Source: Euglena gracilis
Taxonomy: Eukaryota
Direction: 5' to 3'
DNA length: 64,000 bases
Assembly (NCBI GenBank): GCA_039621445.1
Contig: CP154954.1
Location: 21,004,642 to 21,068,641, forward strand
Made by a program: the position numbers and the translations under genes. The first letter of the stretch is position 1, and each line of letters begins with the position of its first letter. The notes below the pieces were generated by a model that was not told where the DNA came from, ran no database searches, and was given only the letters and a program-made list of their open reading frames with translations. This document shows positions 1 to 52,200 of the stretch, piece after piece.

Positions 1-449
1 TCGACCTGGTCTTGCCAAAAAAAGTCGCCGAATTTCCGTGCCCATTTTTCCTGTGGATTTTGCATTGAATGTGCTGGGACAGCCAAGTTTTTTTTTATTT
101 CCTTAAGGACCGCCTTGGGTGGGTGGGTTGTTCGAACCCCCTGTGGGGAGGGGGGCCCTCTCTTGAGGATGGGTTTTCAGAAAGTTCCTAGACTATCTGG
201 AATAGATGCTGGAAAGTCTCAAGGTCAAATTATTTCATTTTGCCGATTCGGGAAAGAGCATTTTTTTTTGGAAGGTTGCACCCTCCAGGTAGTGGATAGC
301 ACACAAACCACCCGAAAATGTCATTTTTAAGGTATTTTTTTCAAAGGTATTTATCTACCCAAAACCGACTGCCCTAAAGGTAGGACAGGGATACCACCGG
401 TGTCGAAGGGTGTGTCTTTTATCCCACGCCTTGCCCCGCTCGTCGGCAG

Positions 450-2171
450 GGTTCGCAGCCAGTCATCAAACTCCGAAGTGCGAGGTGTTGCCCTGTACAA
501 CGTGTGCTATCTTCCAGACGGAGAGGTTTACCCTGAAACTGATTTTTTTTGCTGGGGGGATGGGTTGCTATTTGAAGAAAGCTCATCGTCTTTTATTTGG
601 CCGTTGCTTGCATTTTAATTGGATCTCTTTTGGGTGTCCGATAATGCTAGACATTACAGATTTGTGCATTGTTCGAACCATGAGCTTCATGATGCGGGAT
701 GGCATGTTTTTTCCCACCCCCAAATTTTTATCCAAGTGTGTGTTTTGTTTGCTCTTTTCCTTTTTTTTTGGTCTCCGAGGGTTTTTTTTTGGTTCTCCAA
801 GGGTTGGTTCCTCGCACGTGCTGATGTTTCACTCAAACTTGATGATGGCATGTGCATCCTTCGAGTTTGCTGTGTAAATTCTTGCTGCAAATGGATTATG
901 GGGCGATCGCCGTGTTGCGTCGTTTGTGGAAGTGACACGCCTTCTTCACAGTGGCTTCTTCAAGCCGGAATGGAAAACCTAAAACTGGTCTCCCCCTTCT
1001 GGATTTCTGCGTCCTGTGAGTGTCAGTAAGTTTGTTCGATGCATTCCGGAGCGCCTGTTTTGTTCTTCAGCCTGTGCCAGGCTGGATGAATGGGTACTCG
1101 CTGGGTGCCTGGGACTTGACTCAGGGAAACCGCAAGGCAGGTAAAGGTGCATGCTTTGCTTTTTGGGATTGAAGAAGGTGACCAAGTCTGATCCAAGGAT
1201 TTTGAAGGTGGTGATTTTTTCCTGGTCGGATTTCTTTGCTTAAATTCTGCTTTCTTCCCCCTACGGCACTTACCCAGCCCTGCTTTTAATAATCGACCTG
1301 AACACTGGGTTGCTTCTTACTTCTAGCCGGCTGATCTATTGGAGTTGTCACCTGGAAAAGAAGCCGGGTATTCGTTAATTTGGTGGATGGGTCGCCCAAC
1401 GGCCAAGTCACAGCGCCAACCTGGTGCAGGAGGTGTTGGTCCCTTTGGTGACAGTGGATGGCCGGCGAACAGGTGTGGGTGGGTGCCAGCGATGCTGCTT
1501 TGTCCCTGTCGGACGGCCCCAAATCCGGCCCTGATGTCGGGGCCAGCAATTTTGTGTGGCCCATGGACGGGTCTTCTTTCCTGGGTATGGATCCAGCCGA
1601 CTTGTGTGGGTGGGTTTGCTTCCACCATACAAGGACCCAGCGCAGACAGTCTGGCGTTCTCCATGATCAGCTTTCTGTTTGTGCTCCGACCAAATGGCTG
1701 TCCCCGAAGCCACTGGCTTGCATTTTGTCACACAGCGACAGTCACAGTTCCAGCTCCAAAATCGGAATGTCTCATCGTATCATGATGGCGACCAGGCTGC
1801 CGAATAACGGGAACAATGCCCAAAGTGGGAGGAATGCAGAGCTTTTGTCAGGTTGGGCTGAGTGGAGCCTGGACTCCATTCCGTGACTGGTGCCCGTTGC
1901 CCTGCAGAGGCGTTGCCCTACTTCAAGTGGAGGTTGTCCGCCCAACCCGGCCGGAAGTGTTTCCGCAAGCAGCAGCTGCCCCCGCGCACCGCCAGGTATT
2001 TTTTTTTTTTAATTGCATGGTGGATTGCCTGACGTTGATTCCGATGTTGTCACCGTTTTAGACGAGCAGTGTTCTGTATGAGGTTCGAACCTGCACCTGC
2101 ACCACTGAACATCCTCAGTGCATAACAGCAAGGTGGGTTGGCGCTTTGTCCACCAACATCCACACACACGC

Positions 2172-2212
<41 letters not shown>

Positions 2213-2220
2213 CGTACGCG

Positions 2221-2269
<49 letters not shown>

Positions 2270-5200
2270 ACACACACACACACACGCACATACACACGCA
2301 CACGCACACACACTCACACACACATATTCATTCACGTATGCAGTTGATATCATAAACATTCATGTTCACGCACTTGCACATGCACAGACATGTGCTCGTC
2401 CTCGAACACGCGCCGGCCCTGACACACCCACTTTATCGCTCCCCCATCGTCCCCAGCGTCGTTGCTGTGGTGGACGCCAACGACTTCTACACAACCGAGA
2501 AGCTGAGCCTACTGCCACCCCCTGTCCAGGAAGCCGAGGATGACGTGGAATTCATGGCCCACGACCACCTCCGGGTACGCTTGGGTGTGAAGTTGACGGC
2601 GTCTGTGGCCATCCGCGCAAGAGAAAATCGTTTCGCCACTGAAGGCACCGGAGGAAATTTAAATAAAAGAATTTGTGCCCCACAAGGGGTGGGGGGGCGG
2701 ATCCCCCCACTCACCATGATTGGGCTTGGGGTGGCGTTTGACCAATCCACCTCCCTGGATTCCAAGGTTCCAGTAATTCCCATTCACAGGGGATCCCCCC
2801 CTGTGAGATTGTGGATTTGTTCATCCATCCATCCATCCATCCAGGTCGAGCCCAAAGGAGAATTTACCTGGCCTGGAAAGTATTGTGGTGTTTCGTTACT
2901 ACAGGGTGGGTGCCTTCCAGGGACTGACCGCCCCCCCCCCCCACCAGGCTTTCCCAACAACCCAGAACCCCCCGAGTCATCTTGAAGTGGTTCTTTGGGT
3001 TTTGGCGGGTGCCGGCCGACACCTATTTGTTTTCGGGGGGGGGGGGGGACACGGTGAAGGAGACCCCCCCTAACTGTGGAGTATGTGCTTGGCGGGGGCT
3101 TTATGGCCGGCAAAGTAAACCAGGTCAGCCCCACCAAGCTCCGGCCACCTCCACAAACACAGACAGAGGGGCCAGAGGCGGACAACAGCGCCAGGCCAGA
3201 AGGGAGGATAAAAGGCACCTAAAAAAAAGCCGCAGTGGACACAGGGGGGGGGCATTGGGCCTCCGCATGCGGCCTGCGGGTCGGCCGGGCATCGCCCATC
3301 GCCCGGCGCGCAGGCGGCTGCCGGTCTCCCCCGGGCGTCCCCCGCCGCCGTCCCCCGGGTCCACAGCCCGCCCCGCAGGTCGGCCCCCTCCCCTGCAGCC
3401 TGTGCCGTGCGGAGGGAGTGCCCCGAACGACTCTCCATTCCCGGCCCGGCTTCGCATCCATCACCGTCGTCGGTAGTGCTGTCGTAGCGGCTGTTGTCGT
3501 CTTTCTCCTGCTTCGCTCGTCTCCACCAACAGCGTTGGACCGGTTGGCTGGCTCATACAGTCACTTAGTCACTGGCCGACCCCCCCCCCCCGAAGTGGGT
3601 GACTGGTATTTTTTAGAGTGAGGGGGGAGGTGGCAAAAAGCCACCAAAGTGCCCTGCCGCCAAAGGCGGCAGAATTTTCTTGGGGGCCATCTCTCACGTT
3701 TGTTTTGCCGTCCGTTGCGGACTGCCCTGCCAACAGAAGGTCCACCCCAGAGGTCATAACTGGGGTCATATGGCACCAAAGAAATTATGCCCAAAATTTC
3801 AATAATAAACAAGTAAGTAAATAAGCAAGTTTAAAATGCAAGTTGGATGTAAGGATCTTCTCTTAAGGAGCTCCCGAGAACGTACACATTTCTGCTGAAG
3901 AGGACAGAAGACGGAGTTCTCTGGTGCCAGCAACCACATTCCAGACTCATCGCATCATGCGGCCAAGCTTGCCAGACTCGCGCGCATGATGTTTGTGAAT
4001 TGGGGGCGTATAAATGCGCATTCTGTGCTGCGGGTCCCGAACTGAGGGCTCGAGGTTGAATCTTTGCCAGTTGGTCTGCTTTAAATTTGATTTTTAATTT
4101 GATTAAATTGAATTTTTTTCCTGTTTTGATTCAAACCCAGTCTGAGGATGCTTGTGGGAAAACAGACCCCCTTGAAATTTTTTTCATCATGCTTTTTACC
4201 ATTTTCTGACATGAAAGGCAGCAAAACCTGGTCAAAAGTAGTCAAAACAGCAAACACTGACCCAAAAATTCGGCAAAAGTGGCAAAAGCAGACAAAAAGC
4301 AGCAACGTGGCCAAAATGGGCAAAAGTGGACAAGAGTCGGCAAAAAGTGTTGGTTTTCGGCAGTGACGCCAATTTTGTCACCAGCAACAAAATTGGCACC
4401 GGTGCCCGTCTCCGCCCATCCCCCCCCCTCCATTCTGTCCGGTCTCCTCTCCAGACCGGCCAGCGCAGCCACCACCGCCCCAAAGGCGAAGCGCCCCAGG
4501 CCAAACGCGCCGCCGGCCCGCCCTTCGGCCCTGGCGTTGGCCCACCGCCGCCCCCTGGCCACAGCCAGGAAGTGCTTCCTCCATATGCGATGGCTGGAGG
4601 CACTCTGCTGTTATCGCAGTTACGGCGATTTCCGGGAAATATTTTTCTGCCCAAAGCCGGCATCTTTAGCATGTTCAGCATATTTAGCAATTTTAGCATA
4701 TTTAGGTGCACACCCATACCCCATGCCCACCCTCACCCCCCACCCCCACCTCCAATAACCTACCCCTGTCCTGGACGCACACACGCACACACACTCACTC
4801 ACTCACACTCACACTCACACTTACACAGATGCACACATGCACACAGAACGGGGTGCTTTTGGTTGTCTCGCCAAGGACTACCTATGGTGCACCTGGATCA
4901 CATCACAGATACACCATCGGGCATCATTATGATAATATGTGGCCGGCGCAGTAAACACAAGGTAAGTCCTGCCAGGCTCCGGCCACTTCCACGTACACAG
5001 ACAAAAAGGGCCAGAGGCGAAAAACAGCGCCAGGCCAGAAGAAGGGATAAAAATCGCCAAGAAAATACAGCCACAGTGAGAGGGAGCCTGCGTGGGCAGG
5101 CACTCCAAGGCACACAGATCCGACCCCCCCCCCCAGGAGGGGTAGGACACATGGCCAAAATTGCCTGGGCAAAAGGTCAAGGAACTTCCTGTGCCGAAGG

Positions 5201-5713
5201 TGCCTGAAGCCCAGAAAAGGACATTTTGGGTCACTTTTTTGGCCCACAACCAGGCAGGCACCGACCCCCCCCCCAGGGGGGTAATGCACACTCTCGGCCA
5301 CTCCGAGACCCCCTTTTCAGCCTGCCTGCAGCTTTGGGCTCGTGTGCATTTCCATTTCCCCCAGTTTCTGCACCTCTCCTCGAGTTTTCCAACTTGTGCC
5401 ATTTCCACCATTTCCTTCCATTTTCCGCAACACACTACATTTTCCCCCAAACATTTTTTGGCGTATTAATTATTTTTATTATTATTATTTGGCACTATTT
5501 TTTTGGCATTATTTTTGACACACCGGGCGGCACCACCGCCCCCCGGAGCGCAGCACTGCCTGCGCTGCAGCCCTCGCCCCCCGCCACACGGCGCCGCCCG
5601 TCAGCCTGCAGCAGCCACCGGAGGCCGGGGAGGAGGACGAACTGGGGGCGTTCGCCCGGCACCGGGAGACCCCTGCGCCGGCCCATGACACGTTTGACTT
5701 CAACGAGGACTGA
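450..5713 (+). CDS. 3' part of an unidentified multi-exon gene; exons ~450-525, ~1908-1995, 2457-2574, 3314-3378, 4455-4562, 5569-5713
   Basis: Exons from 1908 onward join in frame through GT-AG introns and one non-conventional intron (4563-5568, CAGGAAGTGCT pairs with AGCACTGCCTG): [44 protein letters not shown]...[16 protein letters not shown]...[29 protein letters not shown]. No domain recognised; the link to exon 450-525 is uncertain. Confidence 0.6.
2160..2325. repeat. (CA)n/(CACG)n microsatellite
   Basis: Direct reading; similar tracts at 11885-12125 and 55200-55350. Confidence 0.95.
3075..3225. repeat. Interspersed repeat (other copies ~4940-5060 and ~34930-35100)
   Basis: Shared core similar to CTCCGGCCACCTCCAC..ACACAGACA..GGGCCAGAGGCG..AACAGCGCCAGGCCAGAAG..GGATAAAA. 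Confidence 0.7.
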
Positions 5714-6085
5714 CGGGCCCCGACTGCCACGGGACGTTGCCGCTCCACCTTGTGGCCGGCTGGAGCTTTTTTTGCGTCCGTGGCTTTTGCAGTGCGCAAG
5801 GTTGCGGACGTAGGTTGACCATATGGCCCATTTTTTTTTGCGGCTCAGCAACCGAATGAGCTGCTTTCCTAACATTCAAGAGCTGCACTTGTGTGCCCTG
5901 AGTGGTGTGCAGCAGCGTTGCACCGTTGCCATGCCCGCAGCATCCCCCCACACCACACCACGCACCACCAGAGATTATGGCCCTGTAGATGGTGTACGGC
6001 GACTGCGTCTGCTGAATAAATTACGCTCCCCTCCACAGGAGCAATGTGACCTTCTTTTTGGCGGTGGCCCCGTCCGCCACGCGTG

Positions 6086-43831
<37,746 letters not shown>

Positions 43832-45157
43832 GCGGCCGGCCGCGGCCCCGCCCCGCGGTGGTGTTGTGTGCTGGCTGGCCCCACCCATGGCCGCCCGCCA
43901 GCTTGTTGTCCGGGTCTTGCCTGATGCCGAAAGCCCCCTCCCCACCACCACCAGCCAGCCGGGGGGGGGGGGGGCAGGGCAGAACGGGAATCGGCCAAAC
44001 AGCCAGGGTGGTGGGTGGGGGAGGGGTCGACTCCCCCCCCCACCACCTCCTCCTGTATTTCTGGGAGCACCAATGTCCGACCCCAAAAATTTTTCCCGGT
44101 GCCTTTGGTGCCGGAAAAAAATTGTTAAAAAATGTGTGAAAATGCTGTGGTGGGTGGGGAGTCGACCCCCCACCTCCCGGGTGGGTGAGGGGGGGGGGTC
44201 GACCCCCCAACCAGGCCCAATCAGGCCTTCCCGTTTTCCCGGGGGGGGGGGGTCCTGTGATTCCAAGCTGGATTTCCGGCAGACCCCAGCCGAGGGGGGG
44301 GGGGAGGGGGCTAGGCAGTCAGGCGGCTGGCATACATATCACAGGCACCGTCGGCTCAGAATTGGGAGCTTGTGTGCCCCCTCATGCCAACCACACTGGG
44401 GTGGAGGGCAGGGGAAAAAGCAAATGTGTTTTTTTGTGTTTTGATGGGATTTTTTGATTTTAGCAAAAGCTGTTTCTCTGCGAATCTCTCTGTTTTTCTT
44501 TGCAGGATTTTTGCTTTCTCACTGGTGACCTAACCTCAAGTTTTCCTGAGAAGGGTTGAAAACTTCACAGGTCCTCTCCAGCAGAAGAATCTACACCCCA
44601 GGCATGAATTTGCACGGTTTTACATTCAATTTTCTTTTTTTTTGCATTTTATTGCTTGTGTGTGTGTGTGCGTGCGTGCGTGTGTGTACGTGTGTGTGTT
44701 TGCATCGCATTTTTGAGGTCCGTGTTGCATCCCCCTCCCCAGGCTTCTGCTTGAGGGTTCGCGGGGGGAGGGCTCAACTGCACTAGTCCAAATTTGGCTA
44801 GTGGAAATCCTTGTGGGCCCCCAGGGGGGTTTGTTAGAAGGGCGATCAAGTGGAGTTTTTCCACGCGACCAGTGCGGAGGTTGTGACCTCAAAACCTGCC
44901 AAAAATGCCCATTTTTTTGTCGGTTTTGGGCTTTTTTCCTTACCAAATGACATCCAGAAAACATACTAAAAATGGCGTTTCCACCTCGGCCTGCCAGAGG
45001 AAATTATTTGCAGTTGGGGAGACCCCAAGACCACCCCCAAGTGGACCCCCCTGGGGCCTTTAAACAAACACCTAGTCCCCCCCTGGGGTGAAGGGCAGTG
45101 GCACCTCCCTCGGCATGCCCTTCTCCTTGAACCCCCCCCCTCCGGTTTGGTTGAAAC

Positions 45158-45440
45158 CAGGGGTTTTTTTTAGTCGTGGACCCCCAGGGGGGGGGGGGGG
45201 GGGGGGGGTTGGGTGGTTCCGGCCGGGCCCCCCGGGGGGGGGGGGTCCCCCCGGAGGGTGGTGGGATATACTTTTCGGCGCCGAAGGCGCCGAAAAGTGC
45301 CGTTTTTAGCACTTTTCGCGATTTTCGGCCATTTTTTTGTGGGTCCCCCCGGGACCCCCCCCCCCCCCCCCGGGCCCCCCCCCCCCCCCCGGGAGGTGGG
45401 TGGGTGGGGGGGGACTCCCCGGCCTTAAAAAAAACCCCTG
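45158..45440. mobile_element. hAT-like MITE, perfect 8-bp TSD GTTGAAAC
   Basis: TIR CAGGGGTTTTTTT / AAAAAAACCCCTG; paralog of 43314-43595. Confidence 0.88.
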
Positions 45441-46280
45441 GTTGAAACCCTCTGTGGTCCATCTGATCCTGATGCTGACTCCAATGCTGTTCGGTCCGGT
45501 CGTTGCAACCGGTGCCTCTCTCCCCCTTCAACGGTTTTTGTTTTTGCCAGAGAAGGCCCAGCGGCGTATCATTTGTGTGGGCCCCCCGTCCATCACCCAC
45601 CGCACCCCTTAAATCACTCGCACGCTCGGGACCGGTCAGTGCTGAACCGAATGCCGGTGCTCCAACGTGCACCGCATGTCCGCTGCGCAAGCGCCCGACC
45701 CCCTCCTTCCCAGCGAGAGGTCCACAGCCGCCACTTTTTGCCACCCAGGAGCCTTCCCCTGACCTGGCACGCTGTGCCTCTTGCAGGACACTCCAGCCAC
45801 GCCCGTTTCCTTTGTGTAAATGACCACCACTTTCTCCCGGCCCCCTCACACAGTATTCTGGATCGACGCCATTCAAGGGGTCCCATTGGGCGAGGGAGGG
45901 CCGTTTTCGTCCAGCTCTCTCTTTTGCTTGCGGCCAATTCCACAGTCACAGACAGTTGTTTTTTTAGAGACATTCAACATAGAAACAGGGAGACATGATG
46001 GCGTTCCCCAGGGTTGAAAAACACTGTGCTTGAGCACAGCGTTCCTTTTTGATGGCCCTTTTAAACCTTTAAAGGGTGGTCTCCTGCAACTAAGCTTCCA
46101 CGCTTGTCGTTCTCAATGGCACAGAACTATCCAGGAGAACGTTTTGCTTTGGATAGCATCCGCCCCTTTGAGCCCCATTGGAAACCACACCCAAGTGAAC
46201 GGTTGCTCGGCTGGGTTTGAGGAGGGTTCGATGCTTGTCCATTCGCAGGAAGCGCCGTAGCTGCAGCCTCCCACCCCCAC

Positions 46281-49200
46281 ATGGCTGGGGAGGCGGTTGG
46301 TGACGGCACCGACACTGCGCCTGACGAACCCCGTGCCCAGGCACTGGATGCTTCTCAGCTGCTCTCTATGAGCCCCCCAACCCGGGGGGGTTGGGTGTAC
46401 CGAGGAAAATCTTTGCTCCCCTGGCGCCAACAAAACCCTGTCTTGATTTGAGTTCGAGTTCAACTGAGTTGTGTGTTGTATGATAAATAATGCCGACAAC
46501 TTAATTTGCAGTTTTTTTTGTACAATTTGCACATTTTGAACTGCTCTAAGCGGAGGCAGCTTTGGACCACCAAAGCCACATAATCTAAACACAACCCAGG
46601 GGTTTCTTTTGCTGCGGCGTGAGGAGTTCCCCTCTGATGCCTCCGGCCATCGTGGGAGCAGGCGGGGTTTTGTTTTGTTGTGTTCTTTTTTCCGACTTTG
46701 GTCACATTTGTGTGTGTTTTTTTGGGGGGGGGTCGCACTTTTCGGTCCGCGTTGTGCCCCCCCCCCCCCCGTTGCCGTGGGAACTCTGGCCCAGCGACGC
46801 CTGCCCCCGCCATCCATCCCCCGGCGTGGCTGGAGGCGGAGGGGGAGGAGGGCCCGCCCCCCGGCGGCGGCCTCTTCCCCCCCGAGTCCCCGCTGGAGAC
46901 GCTGCTGGCACGGCTGCGCGACACCGGCCCAGGCCACTCCCCCCCCCCCCAAGGAAGAACGGTAATCGACCAAACAGCCAAGGTGGTGGGTGGGGGGTCG
47001 ACCCCCACCCACCTCCGGTTTTCGACCCCCAAGATTTTCCCCGCCATCAGGCGCCGGGGAAATTTGTTAAAATTATCTGTGGCAATGCTGTGGTGGGTGG
47101 GGGGTCGACCCCCCCACCAGGCCTTCCCGCACAGCCCTGCCCCCCCCCCCCTGCTGGTCTGGCACCGGAGCAAGCTGGATTTTGAGGGGTGGCCGCAATT
47201 GCCCCGCGGAGGCCTTTCTGGGCAAGCACCCCAGGTATTTCGAAACACTGTCAAAACTGGAGGGGAGTCCCCAGCAATTGGTTCGAATCCGATGCCCACA
47301 TGTGCCCACCCCGCCAAAAATTTGGCCTCCCGATGTGTGTGGGAGGGGGGCAGGTGCCCACCAGCTTTTCGGGGACGGAGGGGGTCTGCCTTCAGGCCTA
47401 CGACGCCGACCTCCAGGGGGTGCTCACAGAGCTCCACGACTCCATTGCGGAGTTCTACGCCGGCACCGACCGCCCGTTCGATGCCAGCTGGTTCAGCCAT
47501 GAGACACTGTTCGCCCAAGGACGCCTCCTCGGCGGCATTTCCTTTTTTTGTTTTGGTTTTACTGCAATGTCCCTGGTGCCATGTTTACCCATATCGTTGT
47601 TGTCCATGCACAGAAGAGTTTTTTTTTTGCTTTCTTTTCCGTGCCCTTTGCCTTTGCTTTTCTCTTTCCGTGCCCTCCATATGCCTCTCCATGCAGGGCA
47701 CTTGTTTTTACTTGCATATTTGAGGTTTTCTGACACCCAAGACCGCCACCCAGCGAAATCAGGGTTCCGAAGCACTCTAGTGCTGTTCAGACAACACAGA
47801 GCTTCGTGGAGAGTGGGCAACGGTGATGGAAAAGCAATGCTCTGCTGCACCGGGAGCCGATAATGCATGTCTTCTGGCTTCTTTTGGAACTGGTTTTTTG
47901 GTTATGGCCTTCGTTCAGGGGCTACACACCGGAAATGGCCAACTGAAGTTGCGATGGTTTTTGTCGTCAACTGTTTTTGGGGGCAACTCAAGAGTTATTT
48001 AGTTGGGATGCATTTTTTTTTGATGGAAGTTACCACCTGGTTCTAATATTGTTTTCCCCCCACGTGATTCGATATGAGGTTACCCCCTCCCCCTTCCCAA
48101 CACGTCACTGGCCGAGAGTTGTTGACTGGTGGTCCCTTGCTGGCAGCCTGCTGCATGAACTGGACCGCATGAGCCAGCATCTGAAGCGTGGCAGGGCCGC
48201 GCGATGGGCCATGCTTCCACTCAGTCACCCCCTCCCCGGATCCCGGCATCAAGTCCAAACACCATCCTTGAGACTCCCTGTTTCAATTTGAAGGGTTGTT
48301 GTGTTCTTTTCATGCGAGACATGAACGAGGTTTTTCGCAACCAAAACAAGAGGGAATCCTCATTTTATACTCCCCTGCGACGCCTGTGTCCGTTTTTTTA
48401 TAATATAATATAATATAATATAATTTAATATAATTTAATTTAATTTAATTTAATGTAATATAATTTAATGTAATATAATATAATGTAATGTAATGTAATG
48501 TAATGTAATGTAATGTAATGTAATGTAATGTAATGTAATGTAATGTAATGTAATGTAATGTAATGTAATGTAATATATAATATAATATAAGATAATATAT
48601 AATATAATATAATATAATATAATCTCCTCTCCTCTCCTCTCCTCTCTCCTCATGATGATTTGAAGACTGGCGCTCGGTCTTTAAAGTTTTTTTCCTTCTG
48701 GTATATTTTATGTATTCATATTTTGCCTACTTTGATCGTCATTTTTTCCTTTCCGGGCATTGTTTGATACAAGTTTTCATGCTGAGACAGTCAGGCTTAT
48801 TCTTTTTAGGGGTGCCATCTTCCATTTTAATGTGCCAGTGCCCGAGGGAAAAATTAGTGGTAAATGGTATTTCGCCGATATTTCTTCCAGTATTCCATCG
48901 GTGGGAAGCTTGTTTCTGAGCTGGGCTTTAACAGATGGATGGCATTGCTTGGCCATTGCTTGCATTGCCATTGCCATTGCCATTGCCATTGCCATTGCCA
49001 TTGCCATTGCCATTGCCATTGCCATAGCCAGGCTAGCCCGGCACTGCCCCATCATTCCCCCCACCCCGCAGTCCCCCGCTTCCGCCGCCGTTGCCCCGCG
49101 CGTCGAACCTCCGGGCCGGCCCCCGCCAGCCCTCCGCCACCTGCGAGCGCTGGTCCGCCTCGGCGGTGGAGCAGGAGACCCGGCGGATCGAGCCCACCCC

Positions 49201-52200
49201 CCGGCGCAGCAAGGGCCGGGCGTGCCCTCCCGGGGGGCCTTGTCCACCCCGTGACCGGGGCCGCACGGGAATCCCCGAAGCACTACGGGCGGTGGGTGGG
49301 GGGCGGGTTGGACCCGCAACCCCCAACCCAAACCCAACCCAAACCCCCCATGGTGTTTGCCAAGTCGAGAGGAGGGGGGTTTGCCACACGCCACACCGTG
49401 CGAGGTCTTCCCAGAAAGACCCATGCCCCAGCAGCGGCGGGTGCTCGTGATGAACTCCCTGTGGCAGGAGATGGTCTCGTACCAGCCGCCCAGCACCTGC
49501 CGCAGCCCAACTGCCCGCCGCGGCAACGCGATGGGAGGCCAGGGCCACCTCGGTGGAGCGGGGATGAATGCGATCGAGGCATCTGAACCCCTGACCTCTA
49601 TCTGCACAATTCTGCATCAAAGGGGGAGTTGGAGGTCCGCTTCAATTTCAATGGTGCCCACTTTTTCCCGTCATTTGCTCTGCTGCACTGCTCCACCTTT
49701 TTTTTCCAAAGCGGTTCGGTCGACAAGGATGGACGGTCTGCATCCAACGTATTTGCATCCAGCAGGGGGGGGGAATGCGCTGCGCATTCTTCCGCATTTT
49801 TGAGCATTTTTGTCAATTTTTTGCGCATTTTTTGCACATTTCCCCCCATTTTTGCACATTTTCCATTTTTGGGGCATTTTTTGGGGGCGTTTTTGCCCAA
49901 TTTTGCACATTTTCCATTTTTGCGCATTTTTTTGCGTATTTTTTGCCCAATTTTGCATATTTTGCCATTTTTGCACATTTTCCACCCAAATCACATGCTC
50001 ACTGAATTTTGCCCACATTCAACTGACCCATTTCTGTAACCAACGAACCCATTTTCCCACTTTCTTTCCACCCAAGGGACCCGCCTCAAGAGAAAACCCT
50101 TGGGTGATGAGGTGTGGGTACTCATCCAATGACGATGAGGACACAAGGGGTTTCAGAGTCTCCACATTGACACATAACCAAGGCGGGAATCCCACACCCC
50201 TGGTCACAAGTAAGGGGCACCATGGCTGACATTGTTGGTTATGGTGAACGGAGAGTGACGCCTTGGTCATGCATTTTTTGGTCAAAATGCCTTCATTTCA
50301 ACTCTTTTTGGTGATTTTGGTTTTATTTTGGGTTTACTGTTGGAAATTTTTCTAAGTCCTTTTTCCCTTAGGAATGTCACAAACTCAGCGCATTTTTTTG
50401 CGCATTTTTTTGCGCTTTTTTGCGCATTTTTTCCGAGGGCCGTCCAGCGCATTTCCCCCCCCCCCTGCATCCAGGTAAAAAAAAGTGACATTGAACATCA
50501 TTTTTGTGTGTTTCTCTCCGCCACCTGTCTGCTGGCCTCTGTTGGGTGCCTCCCTGTCCAGCCACCCGAGCCGAGAGAGACTCATGGTTGCATCCGCCAG
50601 GGGGCCCTGCCTGTGACGGTGCGGGGGAGGTGTGGAGCACGTACAGCGACGAGTTTGAGCTGTTGTCCCTGGACCTGTCCCGTGCCGCCCAGGCTGTGCC
50701 TGCTCCCAGGAGGCAGTCCTCCAGCGGTCTCTGAGGGAAACTTAGTCCCACCCAAGGAGGAGGACCCCAAAATCGTTCCGTCTGAGGGCATTTCCCAAAA
50801 ATTTCCCAAATTTCGCTTCGTTTCATCTGAAGCCCAGCCACAGACCCACCTCCTCCCCCCCCCCCGAAGGACCTTCCAAGTCAAAAAGAAGACCGATTCA
50901 GATGCGTCATCCGAGCTGCGGGTCGACAGGCACAGCATGACCCCTCCCCCCCCCCCGCCCTGCTCGTCCGCCTGGTGAGTCCCGCATGGGCTGGGTAGGT
51001 GTATGGGAACAATCCCCCGGGGGGCCTTAAAAAGAAGCCGCGTCTGAATTCCTCAAACTGGAAAACGGCGCACCCGCGGCATTTCGATGGGACGGGCATC
51101 CACATCGCATCGAGCGTGCAGTGGCGATGCCACGGCCATGGATTGCACGTGTGGCGTCCCCCCCCCCCGAGCCATTTCCCGACCGACGTCAAACCGCGGG
51201 GCTCACAGGGTCAACGCCGGCCACCCCACCCCCACTCCCGACCGTCACAGATCAAAGCTGCGGCCTGGGACCGCCACGCCTCTCTCGCGGCCGGGGTCGG
51301 TGGACTTCCGGGGCTCCTGCCGGCCGTTCGGCCAGCGGTGGTGGGCGGAGGTGGAGAACCACGGCAAGGCGGAGGCGTTCCTACGCCTGCTGGTGCCCCA
51401 CTTCGGCAGCACGGTGGATGGCCGGGGGGCGGCGGTCGAGGGGAAAGGGGTCCAGGGAGGACCCCTTCGCCCCGGGGACCAGCTTTAAATTGCAAATTGT
51501 AATTAAAGATTGCAGCTTTTTAAAAAAAACCTGAAATATCGATCAGTGGTATTGCCGAATAATACTATTTGTGGTTCTATCTCCCTACAGATGTTGAGGG
51601 AACCTCGCCAAGGGGTTGGAATCCATTTTGTGGTTTTTTTTGGTTGTTGCACTGTTTCTGACCTCCGTTGCTGAGACATTTTCCATACCCCCCACCGACC
51701 CCCAGCCCCAATTGGTCGATGGGTAGTTAGGATTCCCCGGGGTCGGTGTTGACGCTTGGGCAATTTTCATATGCAAAAAAATGCTCAAAAAATTCATGAA
51801 TTGAGCATTTTCGGAGATAAATCAATAATTTTCCAACAAGTTTGCCTTGATATGTGGCCTTTTGACCGCCACAGAACCAAAGGTTATCCAGGTTCCTTAA
51901 CGTTTCAAGGTACCCCCAATATCCAACGACCGTCCCCCCCTCCCCAATCGGAGGAGGAATCGTTGGGCATAAGAGGTGGTGCGAACCTCCCTCCATGTTG
52001 GGGGGCGTGCTGAATCTGCCCAGGGCTCCCCGCCCTTCTCCCTAACACCAAACAAACCTTTCTATTGCCTTTCATGAATGAGGATGTTGGTGTTGGTCCA
52101 CCAGATAGCATTGAAAGCTCCATCCCAGTGGGCGGTTGGGACATGAGACCCTGGGAAGGATTTGGGGCATCATAGTTTTTGGGGGGAACCCAAAATCCAG

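Noticed and set aside
560-1800. Possible minus-strand non-LTR retrotransposon remnants (also ~52080-52600 and ~31080-31380)
   Set aside because: No diagnostic RT or endonuclease motif could be read.
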